Below are positions 37,914 through 47,917 of a DNA stretch of 64,000 nt, one piece after another. Position 1 is the first letter of the stretch; each line of letters begins with the position of its first letter. The notes under the pieces were generated by a model. It was not told the origin of the DNA. It saw nothing but the letters and a program-made list of their open reading frames with translations, and did not search any database. Both the position numbers and the translations under genes were made by a program. The stretch is from Nanobdellati archaeon (GTDB lineage Archaea > Nanobdellota > Nanobdellia > CSSed11-243R1), in contig JALTFL010000002.1 in NCBI GenBank assembly GCA_027007025.1, forward strand, positions 167,066-231,065, written 5' to 3'.

Positions 37914-38144
37914 TTAGCCTAGTGCTTCTTTAAGTTCTTTTGCGGAGACTACTTTTATTTTTCCTGATTTTATTGCATCTACTTCTGCACCAAGCTTAAG
38001 CAATAAAAGTCTGTGGTAAAATTCAGTTGCAAAAGATTCTACAAGCTGTTTAGACATATTTCTAAGCATTTCCTTATCAAATTGTAGGACATCACCTTCT
38101 ATTTTTGCCACACCTTTCATCATTTTCACCTTGTAAATTAACAA
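37914..38144 (-). CDS. hypothetical protein
   Basis: 76 aa. Confidence 0.3.
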   Translation of the reverse strand: MLIYKVKMMKGVAKIEGDVLQFDKEMLRNMSKQLVESFATEFYHRLLLLKLGAEVDAIKSGKIKVVSAKELKEALG

Positions 38145-38201
38145 TCAAAGTGCTAAATATAAAGTTTTGCTTTATTATACACCGCTGACAAAAAGTTTAA
38201 G

Positions 38202-38393
38202 CGCCGGGACTGGGACTTCCACGCACCGCCAAGAGTTTCTCTCTTAGCGCAGGTTCTCTCTTTTCAAAGAGAGAAAGTGCTTTTGAACCCAGACATCCCG
38301 AAGGAAACAGGCTCTCGTAGACTTCTTTGGTCGAGCTTTCTTCCAAAGAAAGGTCATTCCAGGCCTGCGCAATACCAAGTTATGCGATCCCGG
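38202..38393 (-). tRNA. tRNA-Ser(GGA), class II, two introns
   Basis: Minus strand. Acceptor GCCGGGA/TCCCGGC with discriminator G. Anticodon stem CAGGC/GCCTG with loop CTGGAA(A/T). Long variable arm TTTCCTTCGGGATGT. T-arm CTGGG-TTCAAA..-CCCAG. Introns at 37/38 (about 43 nt) and in the T-loop (about 65 nt). TATA TTTATAAAAC on the minus strand at 38419-38428, about -30. T5 tract downstream. Confidence 0.7.
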
Positions 38394-38420
38394 CACTAAA
38401 CATAAAGAAATAAATCTGTT

Positions 38421-38735
38421 TTATAAAGTTTTATTTATCTCGTATTGCAACACCGGCAGGATTAGTGTGTTTCCAAATAGGATTAGTAAGAACCACAATA
38501 CCGGTTGATTGTCTTTCGTGACTTTTTTTGAAAACACTTCAGAGAAGCGGTAAATCCAGTATAAATTGACTATTGGTATTATGAGGAGCCACGCAGTTGG
38601 TATTTTGCCGCCCTTTTTGTTTAGTATATCCTTTGTCACAACAAACCAATAGAGAGCGTATATGCCGAATGTTATAATTGACAGAATGAATACAACAATA
38701 GGGTCTCTTTTTTCTATTTTTCTTTTCTTTGCCAT
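38421..38735 (-). CDS. small membrane protein
   Basis: 104 aa, 3 TM. Confidence 0.3.
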   Translation of the reverse strand: MAKKRKIEKRDPIVVFILSIITFGIYALYWFVVTKDILNKKGGKIPTAWLLIIPIVNLYWIYRFSEVFSKKVTKDNQPVLWFLLILFGNTLILPVLQYEINKTL

Positions 38736-38749
38736 GTTGTTCTATATAC

Positions 38750-39376
38750 CTATTTGTTTTTATTTGTTTTGATGCTTTTGTACACCCAGTATCCCGCTTT
38801 TTTTCCGAGAACCTCCAAGTTTCCGAAAAGCTCTTCCATATGCTCTGCTATTCTTTCCCCGCCGTGCCGCTTCCTGACTACGACTTGCAGATTTCCTTTT
38901 TCGTTAAGGTGCTCGTACGCACCATCAATTAATTTATAACAATTTTCAAGCCCGGCAGTCTGCGGGGGATTCAGGAGAACGATGTCAAACACTTCATTCT
39001 TTAATCCGGAGAAAAAGTAGCTTTGCTTTGCGGCGGCGTTTTTTACATTGTTTATCTTTATGTTTTTCTTTGCGCAGTCCACTGCCCTCTCGTTTATGTC
39101 CGCCATTGTCACGCTGCAAGTTGGACACATCTTCGCGGCGGCTATACCTATTGCTCCGTAGCCGCACCCCAAGTCAAGAATTTTACTTTCCTTTCTCAAT
39201 TCCATATATGTTATTAATGTCATTGTTCCCAAATCAATCTTCCTGGGCGAAAAAATTCCCGACGCGGTTATGAAATTCATGGGTATTCCCGCTATGACTG
39301 CGTGGAATTTGTATTCTATCCTTTTTGACTTCGGTTTTTTGACGTAGTAATGTTCATGCCTCGAAAGCCTAACCAT
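38750..39376 (-). CDS. SAM-dependent methyltransferase (MTS/RsmC-like small domain)
   Basis: Motif I ILDLGCGYGAIG and motif IV-like LLNPPQ. Confidence 0.6.
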   Translation of the reverse strand: MVRLSRHEHYYVKKPKSKRIEYKFHAVIAGIPMNFITASGIFSPRKIDLGTMTLITYMELRKESKILDLGCGYGAIGIAAAKMCPTCSVTMADINERAVDCAKKNIKINNVKNAAAKQSYFFSGLKNEVFDIVLLNPPQTAGLENCYKLIDGAYEHLNEKGNLQVVVRKRHGGERIAEHMEELFGNLEVLGKKAGYWVYKSIKTNKNK

Positions 39377-39479
39377 AAATGGAATTAGAATTAAAGGGTT
39401 TATTAATTTATTTAATCGTGATTACTTCAAAATGGGCAATTATATATATTCTAAGTGACTTATAAAATATGGGGGTGAT

Positions 39480-39737
39480 GTGATGAGTGTAGTTGCCTAT
39501 GTGCTTTTGAATGTAAGAAAAGGTGGAAATAATAACGTAGCGGAATTGTTAAGGAATATGCAAGGCATCATTGACGTCACCGAGCTTTATGGAGAGTATG
39601 ACATCATAGCAAAAGTCGAGAAGGAGAACATGGAAGAATTGCAAAGATTTTTAATAAACAACATACGTTCTATAAAAGAAATAGAGCAAACCGCTACCAT
39701 GATTGCAACAAGTGAAAAATATGGCATCAATAGATGA
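39480..39737 (+). CDS. stand-alone Lrp/AsnC RAM-domain protein
   Basis: 85 aa with a beta-alpha-beta-beta-alpha-beta pattern, typical of the AsnC C-terminal domain. Confidence 0.5.
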   Translation: MMSVVAYVLLNVRKGGNNNVAELLRNMQGIIDVTELYGEYDIIAKVEKENMEELQRFLINNIRSIKEIEQTATMIATSEKYGINR

Positions 39738-40050
39738 CTTCCAAAAATTAGACATTCGTGTGGGCAAGATATTGTCTGCTGAATTGCATGAAAAGGCAAG
39801 AAAGCCTATGTACAAATTAGTTATTGATTTCGGCGAAGAAATAGGTAGAAAAAATGCCGTCGCCGGGGTAACGGAATTTTACAGCAGGGACGAGCTTGTT
39901 GGAAAAATTGTAGTCGCGATAGTCAATCTCGAGCCTAAAACCATTGCGGGGTTTACTTCTGAATGTATGACGCTTGGGGCGCTTGATGAGGATAAGTTCG
40001 CGCTTCTAATGCCCGACAAAGAAGTAAAGCTAGGTAGTAAAATTTATTAA
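39703..40050 (+). CDS. csaA: tRNA-binding protein (CsaA/Trbp111 OB-fold)
   Basis: LDIRVGKILSAELHEKARKPMYKLVIDFGEE...VGKIVVAIVNLEPKTIAGFTSECMTLGA. Possible start at 39721. Confidence 0.7.
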   Translation: MQQVKNMASIDDFQKLDIRVGKILSAELHEKARKPMYKLVIDFGEEIGRKNAVAGVTEFYSRDELVGKIVVAIVNLEPKTIAGFTSECMTLGALDEDKFALLMPDKEVKLGSKIY

Positions 40051-40071
40051 CTATATAGTAATAAATAAATT

Positions 40072-40716
40072 ATGAGAAAACAACTTGAGGATATGCTTGG
40101 TATTCACACACGTGAAGAATTTCTAAAAGTAATTGAAGAAAAATATAAAAAAGACCCAGATTATAGATTATCTCTTGATCCATCTCTATATAGGTTGGGG
40201 TATAAGAGACGCTTTGATTGGAATCTTGCTGATTCAGAAGGAAATTTCTCTCTAAGTAGGTTGGAAGAAGAAATTGTTGGGAAATCTAGAAGAGAAACTA
40301 ATGTTGTTTGGACAAAAGAAACAATTTTGTATTGCGTAAAATATTTTGTTGATAAGAGTATGTTTAGCTCAGAAAATCCAATGAATGTAGAAATTAGACT
40401 TCCGAGTGGGGATTTGGTTAATGTTTCTCCAAAGAAAGTTTATAACATTGCTTCAAAAAAAAGAAAGATGTTTTCAAGAAATAATAGATTCGTTGGTTTG
40501 AGTGGTTTAGTGAACATGGCATGTGGGGAATATATTGAACCTAATAATATGGACTTAAAAGAGGAAGTAGTTAGGTGGTGGTATTCCACTCACGGTTTTT
40601 TTGGAGTTGATAAGATGATGATTTCTCCAGAGATGTCATGGGCGCAAATTGAAAAACATACAGGTAGAACAAGGCGGCAAATTATCAGTGAGATGGGTAA
40701 ACACCAACAGGCATAG
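40072..40716 (+). CDS. hypothetical protein
   Basis: 214 aa. Confidence 0.35.
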   Translation: MRKQLEDMLGIHTREEFLKVIEEKYKKDPDYRLSLDPSLYRLGYKRRFDWNLADSEGNFSLSRLEEEIVGKSRRETNVVWTKETILYCVKYFVDKSMFSSENPMNVEIRLPSGDLVNVSPKKVYNIASKKRKMFSRNNRFVGLSGLVNMACGEYIEPNNMDLKEEVVRWWYSTHGFFGVDKMMISPEMSWAQIEKHTGRTRRQIISEMGKHQQA

Positions 40717-41671
40717 TAACCCTGTCAAGTTTTACCGCTATTCCCTTTTCAGCCTCAACCATGCCCTGCGAGCGCATTTGTGCAAATCCGATACCTACAA
40801 GCTCGTTCTTTAATGTCATTACTGCAACTTCATTTCCTTTTTTTATACCCTCTTCGACTTTTGAGATTCCAGGGACTCCAAGGGGCGCGCCGTGAGTAAG
40901 GGAATCAACTGTAGAATCAAATACCCATACCTTCGGCACGAGCTTTGTGACATTTTCCATTGGCTGCATGACATACCTCAAATATTTTTCGTTGCCCTCT
41001 TCCTTCCAGAAGGCGTATGCATCCTCCAAGTCCTGAAGGGTTGCCATTCTTTCGTCTTCTTTGAATCCGCCTGCCTTTGTTCTTCTCAATTCTGCCATGT
41101 GAGCGCGGGTTCCAGCCATCGAGCCGAGCTGCTCGCAAAGTCTTCGTATGTATGTTCCCTTTTCAGTTCCGGCTCTGAATAACACATCTCTTCCTTTTTT
41201 CTCTATGAATTCCAAATAATAAATCTCCCTTTCTCTGACTACACGCTTCACGTGGGAGCGCTTTGGCGGGAGTTGTTCTATCTTGCCTATGAATTTTTTC
41301 ATGGCATCTCTTATTTTTCCCTCATGTATGTCAGAGTGCAGGTGCATGAGCGCGACATATTCCTTTCCGGACAGCAGAAACAATCTCATTATCTTCGTGG
41401 CGTTGTTTATTGCAATTGGAAGGACTCCTGTTACTGCCGGGTCCAGCGTCCCTCCGTGCCCTGCCTTTTTGGCGTGAAGTATTTTTTTTACCCAGTCGCT
41501 TACCTGGTGGCTTGTGGGTCCCTTCGGCTTGTCAAGATTTATGATTCCATTTTTTAAATATTCATCAATTGGCCTCTTTTCAGGAATGTAACCATAGCTA
41601 AAGTCAGTCTCATCTTCCTTGCGGATGAGTATTTCTCTTTTTTCCATTTTCTCGTACGGCAGTTGTCCCAT
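40685..41671 (-). CDS. cbf5: H/ACA RNP pseudouridine synthase Cbf5 (TruB family)
   Basis: Catalytic GHGGTLDP motif. KPKGPTSH. C-terminal PUA domain. Confidence 0.85.
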   Translation of the reverse strand: MGQLPYEKMEKREILIRKEDETDFSYGYIPEKRPIDEYLKNGIINLDKPKGPTSHQVSDWVKKILHAKKAGHGGTLDPAVTGVLPIAINNATKIMRLFLLSGKEYVALMHLHSDIHEGKIRDAMKKFIGKIEQLPPKRSHVKRVVREREIYYLEFIEKKGRDVLFRAGTEKGTYIRRLCEQLGSMAGTRAHMAELRRTKAGGFKEDERMATLQDLEDAYAFWKEEGNEKYLRYVMQPMENVTKLVPKVWVFDSTVDSLTHGAPLGVPGISKVEEGIKKGNEVAVMTLKNELVGIGFAQMRSQGMVEAEKGIAVKLDRVTMPVGVYPSH

Positions 41672-41713
41672 TGTAAAAAATTTAAATACTAGTAAGTATT
41701 TAATAATTACCCC

Positions 41714-42601
41714 ATGAAAGCGAAGAAAGCGGTTGTCGTAGGCAACTTAGCGATACGGAATGAAATAAAAGGCAGGAAGAAGGTAACCACTCTAGCAGGT
41801 TCTTATTTTGCGGCGCTACAGCTTGCTAAACTAGGATATGACGTAACCTTAGTGTCGCGTTTGGCGTCAAATTTCCCAGAAAAGTATTTGAAGATGATTA
41901 AATCCGCGAAGATTCACCTGCTGAAGCAGCCGTCTTGGGAAACTACAGAGTATGATGTAACATACCATAAGGACGAATCTAAAACAGCATTTGTCCATTC
42001 CGATGCCGGACCCATAATGAGCGTCCCGCGCATTGATGCAGATTTGGTAATCATAACTTCTTACATAGGGCACATAGGAATTGACGTTTTGAAAAACTTG
42101 AAGAGGGAGGAAAATATACTTGCGCTTGATGTCCAGGGATTTACCAAGTACAAGCACCAAAATGGTGAGTTGACTTACGTCCCATGGCTTGAAAAAGAAG
42201 AGTACCTAAAATATGCAGACATTGTCAAACTTAATGCCGCTGAATTGTATTATTTAACTGGGAAAACTACCATAAATTCTGCTTCCGAGCTCTTAAAACT
42301 CGGTCCGAAAGTTGTCATGCTGACATTGGGGAACAGAGGTGCATACGTTTTCCACGACAAGAAATACATGAAGATACCTGTATATAAAGACGTCAAGTTA
42401 AAAGACAAAGTCGGCGTTGGAGATGTTTACACAGCTGCATTTGCCTCAAAGTATTCCGAAAGCGAGGATATAGTCAAGGCATCTTACTTTGCTTCAGCCG
42501 CGGCGTCATTCTGTGTAGAAAAAGTCGGCGCTGAGGGAATAGCAAACGAGAAAAAAATAAACAAAAGATATAAAGTTCTAAAAGATATTTTTTTAGTTTG
42601 A
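41714..42601 (+). CDS. PfkB-family carbohydrate/nucleoside kinase
   Basis: GGxGxN-like N-terminus and the C-terminal VGVGDVYTAAF anion-hole motif. Confidence 0.7.
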   Translation: MKAKKAVVVGNLAIRNEIKGRKKVTTLAGSYFAALQLAKLGYDVTLVSRLASNFPEKYLKMIKSAKIHLLKQPSWETTEYDVTYHKDESKTAFVHSDAGPIMSVPRIDADLVIITSYIGHIGIDVLKNLKREENILALDVQGFTKYKHQNGELTYVPWLEKEEYLKYADIVKLNAAELYYLTGKTTINSASELLKLGPKVVMLTLGNRGAYVFHDKKYMKIPVYKDVKLKDKVGVGDVYTAAFASKYSESEDIVKASYFASAAASFCVEKVGAEGIANEKKINKRYKVLKDIFLV

Positions 42602-42997
42602 TTTTGTTGCTTCTGCGGATTTCAATGCTTCTTCGACAATTTCATCTTCTGTCTTTTTAGATTTCTTCTTTGACTTTGCTTCTGGTGCCTTTTTCTTCAA
42701 TGGTCTTATCTTCTTTGGCTTTTCTCCGCCCTTTCTCGCTCGTTTTTCTTTTACTTTCGGCTCATGTTTTTCCAAAATGCCTTTTTCTTCAAATATCTTT
42801 TTGACTTCCTCTGTTGTTGCTCCCTTTTTTACGTCTATTTTTTCAGGAAGCAACTCAATGTGGTTTATATTACATTTTCTTCTTTTGACATTGCCATCTA
42901 TAATCACGAATTTGTTATCAACTACATCCACAATGACTGCTTTTTTTCCGGCTTCTCTCCCGGCTATTTTCATGCATAGTCTTCCGATTTCTATCAT
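42593..42997 (-). CDS. rpl14e: ribosomal protein L14e with K-rich C-terminal extension
   Basis: KOW core IEIGRLCMKIAGREAGKKAVIVDVVD. Confidence 0.75.
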   Translation of the reverse strand: MIEIGRLCMKIAGREAGKKAVIVDVVDNKFVIIDGNVKRRKCNINHIELLPEKIDVKKGATTEEVKKIFEEKGILEKHEPKVKEKRARKGGEKPKKIRPLKKKAPEAKSKKKSKKTEDEIVEEALKSAEATKSN

Positions 42998-43251
42998 AAT
43001 CCTCCCCTCACTCTAGATACCATCTCTTTTCTCATGCATTTCGGACACAAGTCCGGCATGATTCTTGAAGGTCTCTTCTTTGATTTTGTGCTGCTTCGCT
43101 CTATACCATGTAGTGGTTTCCCACAAATTCTACACTTACGTTCAGTTTTTTCAGTCTTTTTGTAATGCGTTTTTGACTTTCCGCCAGGTGTTTTCAATCT
43201 TTTTTGGGTTTTGCTTCTTGATCTTAACATAGGTTTTACCATCATTCCCAC
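42994..43251 (-). CDS. rpl34e: ribosomal protein L34e
   Basis: RSRSKTQKRLKTPGGK...CRICGKPLHG. Confidence 0.75.
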   Translation of the reverse strand: MGMMVKPMLRSRSKTQKRLKTPGGKSKTHYKKTEKTERKCRICGKPLHGIERSSTKSKKRPSRIMPDLCPKCMRKEMVSRVRGGL

Positions 43252-43919
43252 TTCCTTAAATAAACATTTTTCAATGCTTTATTTAAAATAGATGATGTCA
43301 CTAATGATATTAAAATGTATGTCCCAAGCCATCCAATCTCGCTTCCCATCCATGGGAGACTAAATGGCAGTTTGATAAACACTAATTTGTGGGGCGTTAT
43401 CTTTACTGTTAAATTATCCTTAGCTATATTCACTACTTTGCTTGCACCTAATATTGACGTGTTTACCTCATTTCCGTTTATAAAAACCTTGCAGTCACTT
43501 GAGTTGATTGTGGCATCCATACTCTGTGATTTACTGAATGTTTCGTTTATGCCTGCGCATGGAATTGCTAAGTGCCCATTACCGCTTATGTCAAAATGTA
43601 TTTGGGAGCCAACTCCTATTGGAGCATACGCGAACGATGCTCCTATAATATAAAACACAATTATATACGGTAAAAATGTTATGAACATCGGCTTGAACTG
43701 CTGCTTCATGATTGTCATGTTTATATTGAGCAGTTCATCCTGTTTTTCATGATATTCCTTGCTTTTTGGGTCGACTTCTTTTAACTCCTTCTGAAGTTTT
43801 TTCATCCTTTCTCTTGAGTCATTTACTAATTTTTCATTTATAAGTAATTTATTGATTAAGATAGTTATAACGGAAAGTCCAATTGCTATTCCACTTACCG
43901 CTAATAAATCACTAACCAT
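43242..43919 (-). CDS. DUF106 family membrane protein (archaeal Oxa1/YidC-like insertase)
   Basis: TM1, coiled coil, TM2, TM3 topology. Conserved position next to secY. Confidence 0.5.
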   Translation of the reverse strand: MVSDLLAVSGIAIGLSVITILINKLLINEKLVNDSRERMKKLQKELKEVDPKSKEYHEKQDELLNINMTIMKQQFKPMFITFLPYIIVFYIIGASFAYAPIGVGSQIHFDISGNGHLAIPCAGINETFSKSQSMDATINSSDCKVFINGNEVNTSILGASKVVNIAKDNLTVKITPHKLVFIKLPFSLPWMGSEIGWLGTYILISLVTSSILNKALKNVYLRKWE

Positions 43920-43920
43920 A

Positions 43921-45315
43921 TTATCCCATCACCTTTCTTACCATAGGATTCATTTCAGCCATATGTGCCTTTTGAAGGTCCTCATATATCTTGTATATAA
44001 TCATTACTGTCAAGATTATACCTGTCCCTCTGCTGAGGGCGTTGAATACATCCGCAACTGCGGCAAGCGCACCTACTGTGATTCCACCAAGAATTGTAAG
44101 CGGTATTATGTACCTCGCTAGAACTTTTTCTAATATTCTTTTGTCTCTTCTGAACCCTGGCATGCTCAGTCCAGAGCTTAATATCTGGTCTGCCACGTCG
44201 CTGGGACTGCTTTTGCCCACGTTCAGCCATAAATATGAGAAGAATATGGAACCTATAATCATAAATGATGCGTAGAAAATGGTTGACTTTAATGCAACCA
44301 TGTTTAATCCATTAACGAAGATTGATGAGATTGATGGATGTTGGATATACTTAGCTATCCCGGAAATTGGCACCTGCGTGTACCTGCCCCCTCCCATTTG
44401 GACTGTTTCAAATTCACCTAGCCATGGAAGACCCGCGTTGAACATCATCAATGCCCACATCTGAAGGCTGGCGATGAGCGCTGCTGTTAATATAACAGGT
44501 ATATTCGAAGTGTAAAACCATTTGATGGGCCATTTTATACCATATCCTCTGACCTTACCGAAGGATAAAGGAATGTTAATCTGCACACCTGAGAAATATA
44601 CCGCCATTAAGAACACCACTATTGTTGACACTATACTTATGAACGGCCAAAATGCAAGGGATGAATTTCCGCTTGATACAAGTGCTATTATTTTGGGTAC
44701 GGCTCCTACGGGGTATTGCGTTCTGGGGTCAAGCAATGGAGATAACCCTTTTGTTATTATTTGTCTGGATACCCCTGCTGCGATGAACAATGATATACCT
44801 GAGCCGACACCCCATTTGCTTGTTACTTCATCAAGAAGCATAAGTATTGAACCGCCTGCAATTAATTGTACTATTAGAATTGTTGCACCTACCAGTCCTG
44901 GAACTGCAGGTGGAAGTGCACCAGATAGTACATATGCAGCGTTTTCGAATATTATAAAAAATAGCGAAAAGAATTTTTGATATCCTTGGTATTTTTTTCT
45001 ACCTTCGGGTGTTTTCAAGTCGACTTTTATAACTTCCGCACCTGAAAGCAATTGAAGCATGATTGATCCAGTTACTATAGGACCAATACCAAGTGATATC
45101 AATGAGCCGAAGTTAGCGGCGAGTAAAATTGAAAGAGTTTCAAATTGGGCGACATAATTTCTGTTAAGGCCATATAATGGTGTTAAAGATAGAATAAAAT
45201 AAAGTGTTAGCGCTACTCCCGTCCATATTAACTTTTCTTTAAGCGTGAGCTTCTTTATAGGTTTTACAACCTCTGGAAAGCTCGAAAAAATTTTTTCAAA
45301 TCCCATTTTATTCAC
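43921..45315 (-). CDS. secY: preprotein translocase subunit SecY
   Basis: 10-TM SecY signature. Positioned after L15. Confidence 0.9.
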   Translation of the reverse strand: MNKMGFEKIFSSFPEVVKPIKKLTLKEKLIWTGVALTLYFILSLTPLYGLNRNYVAQFETLSILLAANFGSLISLGIGPIVTGSIMLQLLSGAEVIKVDLKTPEGRKKYQGYQKFFSLFFIIFENAAYVLSGALPPAVPGLVGATILIVQLIAGGSILMLLDEVTSKWGVGSGISLFIAAGVSRQIITKGLSPLLDPRTQYPVGAVPKIIALVSSGNSSLAFWPFISIVSTIVVFLMAVYFSGVQINIPLSFGKVRGYGIKWPIKWFYTSNIPVILTAALIASLQMWALMMFNAGLPWLGEFETVQMGGGRYTQVPISGIAKYIQHPSISSIFVNGLNMVALKSTIFYASFMIIGSIFFSYLWLNVGKSSPSDVADQILSSGLSMPGFRRDKRILEKVLARYIIPLTILGGITVGALAAVADVFNALSRGTGIILTVMIIYKIYEDLQKAHMAEMNPMVRKVMG

Positions 45316-45721
45316 TTAATATCTTTCCGCCGGCAGCTTCTATTTTATTTTTGGCTTTTTCTGTGAAAATTTTTACTTTTACCATAAGTTTTTTTGTGAC
45401 TTTACCGCTTCCCAATAATTTTTGGTAGCCAAGCTTTGACAAGTCTATTTCGTTGCCTATCTTTGAAGCCATTTTGTCCAGGCTGCCGATATTTGTTGCC
45501 TTTGGGTGGAAATCCTGCTTTTGTTTTACGCTTGTGAATCCTTTTCCATGCGAGCTTAATTCGGGATGTTTAATTAAGAGGGTTCTTTTATGGGCTGCTC
45601 TTTTGTTTATGCCCGCCTTTCCTCTTCCTCCTCTGTTACCTGCTCCTCGGGCTCTCTTGCCGCTGCCTCTGCCTGTTTTTCTTCCTCTAATTCTTTTGGA
45701 TTTCTTTCTGTGTCTTATCAT
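45308..45721 (-). CDS. rpl15: ribosomal protein L15 (uL15)
   Basis: RKKSKRIRGRKTGRGSGKRARGAGNRGGRGKAG. Confidence 0.85.
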   Translation of the reverse strand: MIRHRKKSKRIRGRKTGRGSGKRARGAGNRGGRGKAGINKRAAHKRTLLIKHPELSSHGKGFTSVKQKQDFHPKATNIGSLDKMASKIGNEIDLSKLGYQKLLGSGKVTKKLMVKVKIFTEKAKNKIEAAGGKILSE

Positions 45722-46194
45722 ATCATCCTCTCCAAAAGCGCGTTAATTTCTTTTCCGCGGTATCCAAATACTCCGCCAAGTGAATATGGTTTCTTTAACC
45801 CTTTTCTTTCAAATCCTTTTGTTGGGGGTTTCAACTTGAAGAATTGTTTTAACCCAGGGATATCTTTTAGTCTAATCTTTTCTTCTGTGACTTCTTTGGC
45901 AATTTCATCAACACCTTTGCCCGTCTTTTCTTTTATATACTCAGGTGTGATTTTCTTGTTGCCTGGGAGCTTGCCTCTCTTTTCAATGAGTTTCTTTGCG
46001 ATTTTTTCGTCAAGTTCTCCCCATGCGATATATCTATCAACTTTTTTTAGCATACCAATTATTTCTTTTTTATTTGGCAATATTGTGCAATGGTGTTTCT
46101 TGTACAGCTTAAGCAGCTGCAATGTTTTTTCTACTTCTTTCTTAACATTCACTTTCCCTTTTATTCTAACGACTGCTATTGCCATATTAATCAC
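45718..46194 (-). CDS. rpl30: ribosomal protein L30 (uL30)
   Basis: AVVRIKGKVNVKKEVEKTLQLLKL. Archaeal long form. Confidence 0.85.
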   Translation of the reverse strand: MINMAIAVVRIKGKVNVKKEVEKTLQLLKLYKKHHCTILPNKKEIIGMLKKVDRYIAWGELDEKIAKKLIEKRGKLPGNKKITPEYIKEKTGKGVDEIAKEVTEEKIRLKDIPGLKQFFKLKPPTKGFERKGLKKPYSLGGVFGYRGKEINALLERMI

Positions 46195-46885
46195 TTAAGT
46201 TTCCCTCTTTCATACCTGATTGCTTTTTGAAACTTTCATTTACTTTTGTTCCGGTTAATTGCTTGAGCGCATTAAAACATGCAAATGCAAGATTTATTCT
46301 TGTGGATGTCTGCCCGAAAGTTTTGCTCCAGACATCATTTACACCTGCCAATCTAAGTATCTTCTTACATTCATCCGCTATGCATAATCTAAGTCCTTTT
46401 GGAGCGGGTTTAATTATTATCCTTGAACTTCCCATCTTACCTTCTATAGTAAATGGTATTGAATGTGGTTCTCCACATGCACATTCCCAGCTTCCACATC
46501 CTCTTTTTATTTTGATTATGTTCAATTTGGCGTTTCTAATCGCCTTTTCCTTTGCCGGGACTGTTTCTCCTGAAGAGCCAAGTCCGATTCCAACATATCC
46601 GTCTTTGTTTCCGACTGCTGCCAGACATGTAAACTTGATTTTGGAGCCGTCACCTGTTTTCTTTTGGGTTTGCTTGAATGCTCTTCTTTTTCCACCACCA
46701 AACTTACCTTTTGATTGCCCTATGAGTATCAAGTCAGTTTCAAGATTTGGAAGTAAGAGGTCTACTATTTCCGGCTCTTTTATTTTCAGTCCCTTGTCTA
46801 TTATTTCATCTATACTTTTTATCTCGCCGTTCTTTACCATTCTTCCAAGTTTTGTTTTTGGAATCCATTCTTCTGAACTATTCAT
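46187..46885 (-). CDS. rps5: ribosomal protein S5 (uS5)
   Basis: Conserved uS5 core (FKQTQKKTGDGSKIKFTCLAAVGNKDGYVGIGLG). Confidence 0.85.
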   Translation of the reverse strand: MNSSEEWIPKTKLGRMVKNGEIKSIDEIIDKGLKIKEPEIVDLLLPNLETDLILIGQSKGKFGGGKRRAFKQTQKKTGDGSKIKFTCLAAVGNKDGYVGIGLGSSGETVPAKEKAIRNAKLNIIKIKRGCGSWECACGEPHSIPFTIEGKMGSSRIIIKPAPKGLRLCIADECKKILRLAGVNDVWSKTFGQTSTRINLAFACFNALKQLTGTKVNESFKKQSGMKEGNLSD

Positions 46886-47472
46886 CCGTGTTCACCACTT
46901 ATTCTTTTTTTGACTTCCTGGAAGTGTTCCACAAACTTATCTGGTTCCAGCTTGTTTTTTAAAACTTCTGAAAATTTCTTTTCATATTCTTCCGGATTTT
47001 CCGCCTTTAAAATTTTGGCGTAATCTTCAATATGATACCCCTGAATTACCCTTTCTTTAGGGAATACTTTCTCGTCGTGAGGTATGTTCAATTCTCCATC
47101 GACAGCGCCTTTTAAGGCAGCGTAAATTTTACACCCTTTTGTTAAATTATATAACCCTGTATCCAATATCGCGTCTTTTATTCCTTTCTTAATTGCTTTA
47201 AGGGCGCAAAGGTATCCTGTAAGGTATGCTGCTGGTATATTGCTTGTGTTTCCTTTGTATCCATATTGTTTTAGCTGAAGGGATGAAACCGAGACTTTTA
47301 CCTCATCTCCTTTTGGATTATATTTTACTATTTGACAGGTTATGCTATTATTTGATTTCCTCACTACGAATCTCATCTTGCCTGACTTCAAGAGAGTTAG
47401 TCTCTTCTTGTAATTAGTCAATCCTTTTCTTCTTCGTTTATACTTTACTATGTATCTTGGTCCTTCAGCCAT
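46882..47472 (-). CDS. rpl18: ribosomal protein L18 (uL18)
   Basis: Operon position and the RFVVRKSNNSITCQIV motif. Confidence 0.85.
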   Translation of the reverse strand: MAEGPRYIVKYKRRRKGLTNYKKRLTLLKSGKMRFVVRKSNNSITCQIVKYNPKGDEVKVSVSSLQLKQYGYKGNTSNIPAAYLTGYLCALKAIKKGIKDAILDTGLYNLTKGCKIYAALKGAVDGELNIPHDEKVFPKERVIQGYHIEDYAKILKAENPEEYEKKFSEVLKNKLEPDKFVEHFQEVKKRISGEHG

Positions 47473-47473
47473 T

Positions 47474-47917
47474 TTATTCCCTCATTAATTTTTCCAGGTA
47501 TGTTCTCAGATGTGATGCGCTTCTGAAAAAGTTACCTTTTACTTTTGAGTATAAATTTCTATGTGTCTTCGAATCAATTTTTCCTGACATCTTTATTGAC
47601 TTAAGCACTCCTCTTAGCGGACGCACTTTATTTATCCATTCTCTTTTCTTGTTGGTTCTTGCCTTTTCCGCACCTTTTCTTCTTCCGTGTCCCTTTCTTC
47701 TCCCTTTCTTCCTTTGGGCTTTAAGCATTCTTGCTCTGGCACGGCTAACACCTACTTTTGGTTTTGCTTTTATCATGCCTTGCTTAATCAATCCTCTGAT
47801 GTCTTCTTTTGTTATCGCCTTGGAAATTTCCTCCGCGCTATCTGGGTCTATCCAGATGCGTTTTTCTCCAACCTTCAATATTTTTGCCGCGATTCTTCTT
47901 TGCAAGTTGAGCTTCAT
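47474..47917 (-). CDS. rpl19e: ribosomal protein L19e
   Basis: MKLNLQRRIAAKILKVGEKRIWIDP. Confidence 0.85.
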   Translation of the reverse strand: MKLNLQRRIAAKILKVGEKRIWIDPDSAEEISKAITKEDIRGLIKQGMIKAKPKVGVSRARARMLKAQRKKGRRKGHGRRKGAEKARTNKKREWINKVRPLRGVLKSIKMSGKIDSKTHRNLYSKVKGNFFRSASHLRTYLEKLMRE

